From positions 25,591-89,590 of the forward strand of contig JAHDCX010000002.1 of assembly GCA_020629635.1 (NCBI GenBank): DNA of 64,000 bases, in the 5' to 3' direction. The stretch comes from Acidimicrobiales bacterium. Lineage in GTDB: Bacteria; Actinomycetota; Acidimicrobiia; Acidimicrobiales; SHLQ01. Positions 8,994 to 17,142 of the stretch are shown one piece after another (within the stretch, counting starts at the first letter, position 1; each line of letters begins with the position of its first letter). The translations under genes were made by a program, and so were the position numbers. The notes below the pieces were generated by a model. That model saw nothing but the letters and a program-made list of their open reading frames with translations. It was not told the origin of the DNA and ran no database searches.

Positions 8994-10103
8994 GTGACCG
9001 ACCAACCCCGAATCATGCGTGCAGAGGCGGCCGGCGCGCGGCTACGCGTGTGGGTCGACGGCCAAGACGCGGCCATCGAGTTCCCGTGGTTCTGGGTGCG
9101 AGACCACAGCGAAGACCCCGCATCGCTCGACCCGGACAATCTCCAACGAAGTGTCGACACGTTCGCCATCGATCCCGCCATCCAGCCGAGCTCGGTCGAA
9201 CTGATCGACGGCACCATCCACGTCGCGTGGCCCGACGGCCAGCCGATCTCGCTCCTCGGACCGTCCACGCTCGCCTGGTGTCTCCCACCGGCGCCGGCAA
9301 CCCGGACGCTGTGGCGCGACGCCGACTCGCTCGACGTTCGCCCGCACGAGTGGTCGGCGGTGATGGCTGATCATGAGGCCCTCGGCGCGTGGCTGATCGA
9401 CATCGACACCCACGGATTTGGGCGCCTCGCCGGTGCGCCGACTGATGCCGCTGCCGCCACGGCGCTCGCCGACCGGCTCGGGTATGTCCGGCACACGATC
9501 TTCGGCGGCACGTGGACGCTGTCCTCAGAGGTCACCGCGCACGCCGACTCCGCGTACGGCGCGGACACGTTGCTTCCGCACACCGACGGCAGCTACAGCC
9601 ACGACGGCCCCGGCCTGCAGTTCTTCGTCTGTAGCGAACGGACCGGCACCGGTGGTGAGTCGGTGCTCGTCGACGGCTTTGCGGCAGCGGCCGCGCTCGC
9701 GGCGAGCGATCCGGATGCCTTCGCGGTCCTGAGCGAGGTCGAGGTGCCTGGACGCTACGTCGAAGACGGCGTCTACCTCGTCGCCCGCCGGCCCACGATC
9801 AGACTCGACGGCAACGGCGACGTCCAGCAGATCACCCTCAACAACTACGACCGGGCCCCGTTCGTGCTGCCCGAGCCGACGCTGTCGAAGTGGTACCGCG
9901 CCTACGCCGCCCTCCACGAGCTCGTCCGCGAGGAGTCGTCGTGGTGGACGACCCGACTCGAACCGGGTGACGTGTTGTTGTTCGACAACTGGCGATGTCT
10001 CCACGGGCGCCTCGCCTACACGGGCTGCCGGGTCTTCCACGGCGCCTACCTCAACCACGAGGACTTCGAGAGCCGACTTCGCACCGCGGTGGGCGCCTCA
10101 TGA
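8994..10103 (+). CDS. TauD/TfdA-family Fe(II)/2OG dioxygenase, gamma-butyrobetaine hydroxylase-like
   Basis: N-terminal DUF971-like region (IEFPWFWVRDHSEDP). Facial triad HTDGSY ... CLHGR. Confidence 0.8.
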   Translation: MTDQPRIMRAEAAGARLRVWVDGQDAAIEFPWFWVRDHSEDPASLDPDNLQRSVDTFAIDPAIQPSSVELIDGTIHVAWPDGQPISLLGPSTLAWCLPPAPATRTLWRDADSLDVRPHEWSAVMADHEALGAWLIDIDTHGFGRLAGAPTDAAAATALADRLGYVRHTIFGGTWTLSSEVTAHADSAYGADTLLPHTDGSYSHDGPGLQFFVCSERTGTGGESVLVDGFAAAAALAASDPDAFAVLSEVEVPGRYVEDGVYLVARRPTIRLDGNGDVQQITLNNYDRAPFVLPEPTLSKWYRAYAALHELVREESSWWTTRLEPGDVLLFDNWRCLHGRLAYTGCRVFHGAYLNHEDFESRLRTAVGAS

Positions 10104-10573
10104 CGAGGGATCCAGCGACCGCGGTCGGCGTCCGGGTGCAACGCCGTCGGACGGGCCTGGATGATCGTTCCGCCGAGTGGGACGGCCGGTCCGAGATCTC
10201 GGCCGACCTCGATCAGTTGCTCGTGGTCGACGCACTCCCGCGTGCATCACGAGACGCAACGGCCACCCTGCGCCGCTGGCGCCAGACCCTCGCTCCCGGT
10301 GCGGAGGTCTACCTGATCGAACCAACGCGTGCGATCCGGAGCGAATCCGCCGTGTCGCGGGGCGTGAGTCGGCTCCGCAGCAGGGTGGGCGAACGTCAGC
10401 GCGGCGCCCCCACCCTCGATCGAGACACCGTCCTCGCCATCCGCGACGCCGGCTGGACGATCACGTCGATCGAACGTTTCGTCGACGAAAACGGCAACTG
10501 GTGGATCGACAGTCGGCTCGTCGACGTCGCCGCGATCGTCGCGGCCGAAGCCGGCGAGACGGGCAACGACTGA
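10100..10573 (+). CDS. Hypothetical protein, methyltransferase-like remnant
   Basis: ATGA overlap with the dioxygenase stop. LRRWRQTLAPGAEVYLIEP resembles the distal part of class I SAM-MTases, but I see no GxGxG motif. Confidence 0.45.
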   Translation: MTRDPATAVGVRVQRRRTGLDDRSAEWDGRSEISADLDQLLVVDALPRASRDATATLRRWRQTLAPGAEVYLIEPTRAIRSESAVSRGVSRLRSRVGERQRGAPTLDRDTVLAIRDAGWTITSIERFVDENGNWWIDSRLVDVAAIVAAEAGETGND

Positions 10574-10585
10574 ATCAGGAATCGG

Positions 10586-10684
10586 TCAAGAGGCGAACAC
10601 GATCCCCAACAGGGGAGCGAGCATGCCGACCACGAGCAGAATGCCGATGATCAAGACCCAGCGACGGCGAGTTTCGGGAGACAC
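10586..10684 (-). CDS. Candidate 32-aa small membrane protein
   Basis: GTG-initiated ORF below the track cutoff: VSPETRRRWVLIIGILLVVGMLAPLLGIVFAS. One TM helix after a basic N-terminus. High GC3, but no clear SD. Confidence 0.25.
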   Translation of the reverse strand: MSPETRRRWVLIIGILLVVGMLAPLLGIVFAS

Positions 10685-10708
10685 GCTGCAACGTTACCGT
10701 GGCCAGCC

Positions 10709-11917
10709 GTGGCGCTCGTCGTTCAGAAGTTCGGAGGCACATCCGTCGCGGATGCAGACCGCATTCGTGAGGTCGCCGACCACGTGGCCAGGTGCCGCCG
10801 TCGCGGCGACGATGTCGTGCTCGTCGTGTCCGCAATGGGCAAAGAAACCGACGAGCTGCTTCGTCTCGCCGACCGCGTCTCCAAGACTCACCCCGGCCGC
10901 GAGATGGATCTGCTCATCACCGCCGGCGAACGCAAGGCCTGCGCCCTCGTCGCCATGGCGCTCCACGACGTCGACGTGCCGTCGGCCTCCTTCACCGGGA
11001 GCCAGGCGGGCTTCATCACCGACACCAACCATCGCAACGCGAAGATCCTCGAGATCAACCCGCACCGGGTGAAGGAAGCCATCGCCGAGGGCATGGTCCC
11101 GATCGTCGCCGGCTCGCAGGGCGTGTCCGCCGACAAGGACGTCACGTTCCTCGGACGGGGTGGCTCCGACACGACCGCCGTCGCACTCGCGAGTGTGCTC
11201 GAGGCCGACGCCTGCGAGCTCTACACCGACGTCTCGGGCGTGTTCACCACCGACCCGCGGGTCGTCCCGACCGCACGCAAGATGCCGACGATCAGCTTCG
11301 ACGAACTGCTCGAAATGACTGCCGTCGGCTGCCCCAAACCCGCCATGCGATCCGTCGAGGTCGCCCGCACCTACCGCGTGCCTCTGCACGTGCGCTCTGC
11401 CTTCACCTGGGAGCCCGGCACCTGGGTGGTCGAGGAGGATCCCGAAATGGAACAAGCCGTCGTCTCTGCCGTTGTCCCCGACACGTCCGAAGCCAAGGTG
11501 ACCGTCTGTGGGGTGCCCGATGAGCCGGGCATTGCCGCCGGCATGTTCCGAGCCCTCGCCGATGCCGGTGTCAACGTCGACATGATCGTGCAGAACGTCT
11601 CCGAAGACGGCGTCACCGACATCAGCTTCACGTGCCCCAAGGACGAGGCGGGCTCCGCCGCGTCGATCACCGAGGGTCGCTTCGCCGGATCGGATTGCAC
11701 GGTGATGACGGACGACTCGATCGGGCGGGTGTCGCTCGTCGGCGCAGGAATGAAGTCGAACCCCGGCGTCGCGGCCACCATGTTCGAGACGCTCGCCACG
11801 GCCGACATCAACATCGAGATGATCTCGACCTCGGCGATCCGGATCAGCTGCGTTGTCCGCGCCGACGACGTCGACCGGGCCACCCAAGTCCTCCACGACG
11901 CCTTCGCTCTCGGCTGA
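10709..11917 (+). CDS. lysC: Aspartate kinase (alpha subunit reading frame)
   Basis: ALVVQKFGGTSVADADRI, LGRGGSDTTAVALA, and two C-terminal ACT domains. Confidence 0.95.
   Translation: MALVVQKFGGTSVADADRIREVADHVARCRRRGDDVVLVVSAMGKETDELLRLADRVSKTHPGREMDLLITAGERKACALVAMALHDVDVPSASFTGSQAGFITDTNHRNAKILEINPHRVKEAIAEGMVPIVAGSQGVSADKDVTFLGRGGSDTTAVALASVLEADACELYTDVSGVFTTDPRVVPTARKMPTISFDELLEMTAVGCPKPAMRSVEVARTYRVPLHVRSAFTWEPGTWVVEEDPEMEQAVVSAVVPDTSEAKVTVCGVPDEPGIAAGMFRALADAGVNVDMIVQNVSEDGVTDISFTCPKDEAGSAASITEGRFAGSDCTVMTDDSIGRVSLVGAGMKSNPGVAATMFETLATADINIEMISTSAIRISCVVRADDVDRATQVLHDAFALG
11447..11917 (+). CDS. lysC: Putative aspartate kinase beta subunit from an in-frame internal start
   Basis: gaggaggatcccgaaATG: a strong SD 7 nt before the in-frame ATG. 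The product starts MEQAVVSAVVPDTSEAKVTV, the same position as the Corynebacterium LysC-beta start. Confidence 0.5.
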   Translation: MEQAVVSAVVPDTSEAKVTVCGVPDEPGIAAGMFRALADAGVNVDMIVQNVSEDGVTDISFTCPKDEAGSAASITEGRFAGSDCTVMTDDSIGRVSLVGAGMKSNPGVAATMFETLATADINIEMISTSAIRISCVVRADDVDRATQVLHDAFALG

Positions 11918-11921
11918 GGCT

Positions 11922-11952
11922 CCGCAGGCCTCGGTGCGGCTTCGTATTTCGT
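11922..11952 (+). terminator. Possible intrinsic terminator after lysC
   Basis: ccgca-ggcctcgg-tgcgg hairpin followed by cttcgtatttcg. Short stem and weak U-tract. Confidence 0.25.
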
Positions 11953-12006
11953 GCGTTATGCCGATGGGCATGGCATGCTCGAGGTGGCGGTCACGTGAGG
12001 GAGCGA

Positions 12007-12912
12007 ATGGGCGAAGGCGACGACGAATCGGTCGACATCGGCTTCGTCGAGCTGTCGCCCGGACGTGCTGATGATCGGGCGACCACTTCGGGTATCAGCG
12101 CCATGGCGGTTGCCGGCGTCCTGCTCGCCGTTTGGCTTCTGGCCGCCGGGGTGACGACGGATCTGTACGCCTCGCGCTCCAACGACCGGGCCGCCCCGCT
12201 CCGAGTCGAGGGAACGACCACAACATCACCCTCAACGACGATCGTCGTGTCCTCGGAGGCGGTCACGACCACGACGACTCGGGCGCCCGACGTTGATCCC
12301 GAAGACGCCGACTCCGACGAGCCGAGATCCCTCCTCGTCGGGCTCATCCTCGTTCTGGTTGCGCTCGGACTCGTCGCCCTCTCGGTCGTGGTAATCGTCG
12401 CAGTGCTTCGCGCACTCCGCGCCCGCCGCGATCCCGATCCCGATCAGTCTGGCGGGGTGGTGCACGATGTCGAGTACGGATCTGCCCCCGAGCCTGAACC
12501 CGGCCCGGAGCCAGAGCTGGTCGAGGCCGAGATCCGGGCACTCGCAGCCGCGCAGGTTCACACCCTCGACGAACTTCTCGCCGACCTCCGCCACGACACC
12601 GAACCGGCCAGAGCCATCCAACGCGCGTACGCCACGCTCGAGACCGGCATGGGCAATCCCGGCCTCGCCCGCCGCAGGACGGAGACATGTGCGACCTACC
12701 TCGCTCGCACCATCGGTGTGGTCGACGGTGTCGACGAGCCGCTTCGAACCCTCACCACGAACTTCGAGCTCGCACGGTTCTCGACGGCCACGATCACCGA
12801 ATCGATGCGAGGCGACGCGGTCGACGCGCTCATCGCGATCCGTCGAGCCTGGCAACGGCAAGCCGACGGCGGCGTCGTGCTCGCCACGACGTTCGAAGGC
12901 CCGGACCGATGA
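12007..12912 (+). CDS. DUF4129-domain membrane protein
   Basis: SD gggag precedes ATG 12007. Two TM segments flank a Thr-rich and acidic linker. C-terminus AIQRAYATLETGM...TTNFELARFS fits the DUF4129 pattern. Confidence 0.7.
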   Translation: MGEGDDESVDIGFVELSPGRADDRATTSGISAMAVAGVLLAVWLLAAGVTTDLYASRSNDRAAPLRVEGTTTTSPSTTIVVSSEAVTTTTTRAPDVDPEDADSDEPRSLLVGLILVLVALGLVALSVVVIVAVLRALRARRDPDPDQSGGVVHDVEYGSAPEPEPGPEPELVEAEIRALAAAQVHTLDELLADLRHDTEPARAIQRAYATLETGMGNPGLARRRTETCATYLARTIGVVDGVDEPLRTLTTNFELARFSTATITESMRGDAVDALIAIRRAWQRQADGGVVLATTFEGPDR

Positions 12913-13277
12913 GTGGTCTGCTCATCATCTCCGCGGTGGCCTGCACGGTCGCCGTGCTCGTCCTGGTCGGCGCGGTCGGCGTTCGTCTTCCGTACCGGGC
13001 GTTTCATGGCGGTCCGCGGACACCGCATCCCTCCCAACCGCGAACGCTTCCAACCGCCCGCTCCTTCGACCGGCTCGCCCATCGGGTCGAGCTGGCCCGA
13101 GCCGACCCGCGGGCCTGGCAGGCCCTCCTTGCCTCGCTCAACGAGATCGAAGCCGCCATTGGACCGGTGCGAGTTGCACCGAAGGGTCCAGGAGTGCCCA
13201 GCCAGTTCGACGCCCGCTACCTCGACGCTCGACTGCGCGCCATCGAAGCCGCGATCCCCCCGAAAGGACCCACATGA
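12909..13277 (+). CDS. Small membrane protein (MoxR-module component)
   Basis: ATGA overlaps on both sides. N-terminal TM segment MSGLLIISAVACTVAVLVLVGAV. Confidence 0.5.
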   Translation: MSGLLIISAVACTVAVLVLVGAVGVRLPYRAFHGGPRTPHPSQPRTLPTARSFDRLAHRVELARADPRAWQALLASLNEIEAAIGPVRVAPKGPGVPSQFDARYLDARLRAIEAAIPPKGPT

Positions 13278-14302
13278 CCACGTCCGCGTCTCCTCCCGAC
13301 ATCCCGGGCGCGGTTGCCGTGTCTGACGTCGCCTCCGCGGCCAACGCCATCATCGACGAACTCGAGCGTGCTGTCATCGGCAAGCGAGACGTTCTCCACC
13401 AACTGCTGGTCGGCGTGCTCGCGGGCGGTCACATCCTGTTCGAAGACCTGCCCGGTCTCGCCAAGACGCTGATCGCCCGGTCCTTCGCTCAGGTCACCGA
13501 CATGGATTTCGCTCGGATTCAGTTCACCCCCGATCTCGTCCCGGCCGACATCACCGGCTCGACGATCTACAACCCGGGCACCGGCAGTGGGGTCTTCACT
13601 CCCGGACCGGTCTTCGCCAACCTCGTGCTCGGCGACGAGATCAACCGCGCCCCACCGAAGACGCAGGCGGCCGTCCTCGAAGCGATGGAGGAACGGCAGG
13701 TCACGATCGACGGCGTGTCCCATCCATTGCCAACACCCTTCACGGTCATCGCCACCCAGAATCCGATCGAGCAGGGCGGCACATATCCGCTGCCCGAAGC
13801 GCAGCTCGATCGCTTCCTGCTGAAGCTGTCTGTGGGCTATCCCGCGACGACCGACGAAACGACGATCCTGCTCCAGCGGGTCGCCCGCCAACAGGAGCAG
13901 ATCGAACTTCGCAAGGTCGTCAGCGGGCGCCAGTTGCATGCGATGCAACGTGCGGTCGAGACCGTGCACGTCGACCGGAGCGTGGCCGAATACATCGTTG
14001 GTCTCGTGGCCGACACTCGGGACAACACGAAACTGCAGGCGGGGGCGAGCCCCCGCGGTGCGCTCGGTCTTCTCAAGGCCGCCCGCGCCCATGCGGCCTT
14101 GTCCGCACGAGACTTCGTGACCCCCGACGACGTCCGCGAAATGGCCGCACCGACGCTCAGCCATCGACTCGTGCTCGACCCCGACGAGTGGCTCCGCGGG
14201 ACCGATCCGGCGGAGTTCGTTCACGGTGCGCTCTCCCGGGTCCCGGCGCCGCCGACGATCCGTCCATCGGGCAACGAGCCCACCTCGATGCACGACCGGT
14301 GA
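13274..14302 (+). CDS. MoxR-family AAA+ ATPase
   Basis: GHILFEDLPGLAKT (Walker A variant), VLGDEINRAPPKTQAAVLEAMEERQVT, and a C-terminal lid with ASPRGALGLLKAARA. Confidence 0.9.
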   Translation: MTTSASPPDIPGAVAVSDVASAANAIIDELERAVIGKRDVLHQLLVGVLAGGHILFEDLPGLAKTLIARSFAQVTDMDFARIQFTPDLVPADITGSTIYNPGTGSGVFTPGPVFANLVLGDEINRAPPKTQAAVLEAMEERQVTIDGVSHPLPTPFTVIATQNPIEQGGTYPLPEAQLDRFLLKLSVGYPATTDETTILLQRVARQQEQIELRKVVSGRQLHAMQRAVETVHVDRSVAEYIVGLVADTRDNTKLQAGASPRGALGLLKAARAHAALSARDFVTPDDVREMAAPTLSHRLVLDPDEWLRGTDPAEFVHGALSRVPAPPTIRPSGNEPTSMHDR

Positions 14303-14306
14303 TCAC

Positions 14307-15653
14307 ATGAGCCCGACCCCAAACGGTGGCCCGCCGGTGCTGGCGGCAGACATGATCACGGCCACGCTCCGGTCGACCGGCGGCGAACGCCGTGCCCGGG
14401 CTTCGTTGACACCTGCGGCGGTCAGTCTCGCCATCATGGCGATCGCGTCGGCGCTGGTCGCGATGGCGACGCGCCAGCCGGGGTTCGCCGCCATGGGGAT
14501 ACCGGCGTGGCTTGCGCTCGTGCACGCCGTGTGGACTCACCGCGAGGGTTCGTTCGATCCCGTCGTCGAAGTACCGAGCGGACCCTTCGTCGAAGGCGAT
14601 TTGGCGTACGTGAACGTGACGGTGGCGTCCGAGGTCGGGATCGGTCGCTGCGTCGTCGAGTTGCAGCCGCCGTCTGGTATCTGGCCCGGATCCGAGTCGC
14701 TCAAGGCGGCCATGTCGATCGGTGCTGGAGGAGCGACCGTCGCTCGCCTGCCGATCGAGTTTCGAGAGTGGGGGGTGTACTCGCTCGGCGAACTCGTCAT
14801 CCGGACGACCGACGCGCTGGGCCTGATCGCTCGGGACTATTCGTTCACGGTCGATTGCAGCCTGGCCGTTCGACTGCACGACGAAGACGCCCGAGAGACA
14901 CTGAGTCCGGATCGGTATCGACGGATCGTGGGAGGACACCTGAGCGCCCAGCGCGGCGAAGGGACCGAGCTCGCCGACGTTCGGGAGTACCGGCCGGGGG
15001 ATCCGATGAAGTGGATCAATTGGCGGATCAGCAACCGTCGGCGTCAACCCTGGGTCACGGTCCGTCATCCCGATCGGTCGACGACGGTGATTCTTCTCGT
15101 CGACGGGTTTGCTCGACGCGGACCGAACCTACGGGCTCAAGCGAACGTCGCGCAGGCGCTCGCCGGCGCGCATCTGGCGATCCACGATCGGGTGGGCATG
15201 CTGATTGCGGGCCCCACGCATGTGTGGATCGAGCCTCAGCTCGGTAGACGCCAGGAGTACCGACTGGCCGATGCACTCTTGCAGCTCACCACGCGGCATC
15301 GATCGTCCGACGAGGTCGACCTTCGACGGGTGATACCCCCCGACGCCCTCGTGGTGGCGATCACGTCGTTCGACGATATTCGGATCCTCCGTATCCTCGC
15401 CGAGATTCGACGACGCGGTCGGATGCTGTCGGTCGTCGAACCCGTCCTGTCCGCCGACGAGCTCCAGTCGTCGAGCGGCTCGCCGAAGTCCCTGCCGTTC
15501 GTGCGGAGGATCCACGAACTGGAGCGTGAAGTGCGACGCCGAACCCTTCGACAGCACGGACTCGTGATCGTCCCGTGGCGAAACGATGATCCAGTCAGCC
15601 TGCCGCTCGGGACGATCGCGCGGTACCGGCAACGCTCGGCAGTGAAGGCGTGA
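14307..15653 (+). CDS. DUF58-domain protein
   Basis: ELADVREYRPGDPMKWINWRISNRRRQPWV is the DUF58 signature. It starts 5 nt after the MoxR stop. Confidence 0.85.
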   Translation: MSPTPNGGPPVLAADMITATLRSTGGERRARASLTPAAVSLAIMAIASALVAMATRQPGFAAMGIPAWLALVHAVWTHREGSFDPVVEVPSGPFVEGDLAYVNVTVASEVGIGRCVVELQPPSGIWPGSESLKAAMSIGAGGATVARLPIEFREWGVYSLGELVIRTTDALGLIARDYSFTVDCSLAVRLHDEDARETLSPDRYRRIVGGHLSAQRGEGTELADVREYRPGDPMKWINWRISNRRRQPWVTVRHPDRSTTVILLVDGFARRGPNLRAQANVAQALAGAHLAIHDRVGMLIAGPTHVWIEPQLGRRQEYRLADALLQLTTRHRSSDEVDLRRVIPPDALVVAITSFDDIRILRILAEIRRRGRMLSVVEPVLSADELQSSSGSPKSLPFVRRIHELEREVRRRTLRQHGLVIVPWRNDDPVSLPLGTIARYRQRSAVKA

Positions 15654-16180
15654 TGCTGTCGCGACTCCTCACCTCATCGGGATGGTCGGCGTTCGTGGTC
15701 GTTGCCGTGAGTGTCGCGGGTGCGATCGTGGCCGGCGGCGACGCGACCGGCGTGCTCGTCGGGGCGCTCTCGCTCGGACTCGCCGTCTTCGCGGGGTCAC
15801 CGTTTGGTCTTCTGATCGGATTCGGGATCCTCGCGACCACCCTTGGTGTTGCCGACGCCCCCGTCATCGCGTTCGGTCTCCTGGGGTGCGCGTACTTCGT
15901 CTCGATCGTGTTGGTCGATCTCGACGCCAACCTTCGCCGATCGGGCCGGATCGAATCGGGCACCCGTCGACACATCCAAGCCCGCGTCCTTCAGGTGCTG
16001 GTCGGCTCGGTTGTGACGGTCGGCGCCGCCCTGATCGTCGAGGCGCTGATCGACCCCCACGGGTCGATCGTGATCGTCGCGTTGCTGCTGATGGGCGGCG
16101 CGGCCGCGATGACGGCATGGCCGGTCTCGCGCCGTGCAGCCGTCGACGGGTCAAAATGGTCTGCGGGCACGTCACACTGA
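15650..16180 (+). CDS. Hypothetical polytopic membrane protein (last gene of the MoxR module)
   Basis: ORF 15650..16180 overlaps the DUF58 stop. About five hydrophobic segments. Confidence 0.55.
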   Translation: MMLSRLLTSSGWSAFVVVAVSVAGAIVAGGDATGVLVGALSLGLAVFAGSPFGLLIGFGILATTLGVADAPVIAFGLLGCAYFVSIVLVDLDANLRRSGRIESGTRRHIQARVLQVLVGSVVTVGAALIVEALIDPHGSIVIVALLLMGGAAAMTAWPVSRRAAVDGSKWSAGTSH

Positions 16181-16211
16181 GCGCCATGTCCTCACGTGGC
16201 CGGATTCATCG

Positions 16212-17141
16212 GTGAGTGGCGTTCGCGAAGCCGTCGTGCTCGGGACGGCATCGATGGCCCCGACGCGTCATCGCGCCCACAACTCGGTCGCCGTGCGGTG
16301 GGATGACCAACTCATCCTGTTCGATCCCGGTGAAGGAACCCAACGAGGGTGCACGCTCGCCGGCGTGTCGGTCGCGAAGGCGACGGCGATCTGCATCACC
16401 CACTTCCACGGAGACCATTGCCTCGGTCTTCCGGGAGTCATCCAGCGACGATCGCACGAGTCGGCGAGCGGCCCGTCACCTCTTCCGGATCTTCCGATCG
16501 TGCACCCCGCCGACGGAGCCCAGTATCTGGATCGCCTTCGTCACGCCTCGATCTACCACGACACGAGCAATGTCGTGCCGGTCGGCGTGACGGCGCCGGG
16601 CATCGTGTGCGACCTGGGTCGTCATTCGCTTCGAGCCGAACCCCTCGAACATCGCGACACCACCTACGGCTATCGCATCGACGAACCGGACGGGCTCAGG
16701 GTTGACGCGGACGCACTTGCTCACCACGGCATCTCTGGGCGCGACGTCGGCCGGTTGCTTGACGATGGAGTCGTCGAGACCCCCAACGGGACGGTGTCAC
16801 GGGAGCAGGTAACCACACCTCGCCTCGGTCAGTCGCTCGCGTTCGTGATGGACACCGTGCCCTGCGACGGCGCCCGCGCGCTCGCGGCGGGCGTCGACCT
16901 CCTGATCATGGAATCGACGTATCTGCACGCCGAGGTCGAACTGGCACAGCGGTACAAACACACGACGGCCCGACAAGCAGCAGAACTCGCCGCCGACGTC
17001 GGTGCTCGGCGGCTTCTGCTCACCCACTTCTCCGCCCGATACCCGGACTCGGCGGTGTTCGCCGAGGAGGCCTCACGCCATCACGCCGATGTGGTCGCCG
17101 CAGACGAGCTCGCTGTGGTCGAGGTTCCGTTGCGGCGCTGA
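16212..17141 (+). CDS. rnz: Ribonuclease Z / MBL-fold hydrolase
   Basis: HFHGDHCLGLPG (HxHxDH) and C-terminal LLLTHFSARY. Start chosen at GTG 16212 and is uncertain. Confidence 0.8.
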   Translation: MSGVREAVVLGTASMAPTRHRAHNSVAVRWDDQLILFDPGEGTQRGCTLAGVSVAKATAICITHFHGDHCLGLPGVIQRRSHESASGPSPLPDLPIVHPADGAQYLDRLRHASIYHDTSNVVPVGVTAPGIVCDLGRHSLRAEPLEHRDTTYGYRIDEPDGLRVDADALAHHGISGRDVGRLLDDGVVETPNGTVSREQVTTPRLGQSLAFVMDTVPCDGARALAAGVDLLIMESTYLHAEVELAQRYKHTTARQAAELAADVGARRLLLTHFSARYPDSAVFAEEASRHHADVVAADELAVVEVPLRR

Positions 17142-17142
17142 C

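Noticed and set aside
10694-11971. 425-aa ORF antisense to lysC, with similar long antisense or out-of-frame ORFs elsewhere (46928..48931 antisense to the oxidoreductase, 26057..27577 antisense to the regulator, 55199..56443 antisense to GH10, 17002..18648 antisense to HD-GYP, 2770..3831).
   Set aside because: These are typical high-GC shadow ORFs. They are Arg/Pro/Gly-rich low-complexity translations with no motifs, and each is fully overlapped by a gene with clear family signatures.
15595-15785. A possible frameshift or fusion of the DUF58 gene with the following membrane gene. My by-eye reading of the printed lines here seemed 1 nt out of register with the ORF track.
   Set aside because: The supplied six-frame track gives clean separate ORFs (stop at 15653, start at 15650), and the flanking coordinates agree with it. 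I attribute the discrepancy to my own character-level reading, not to biology.
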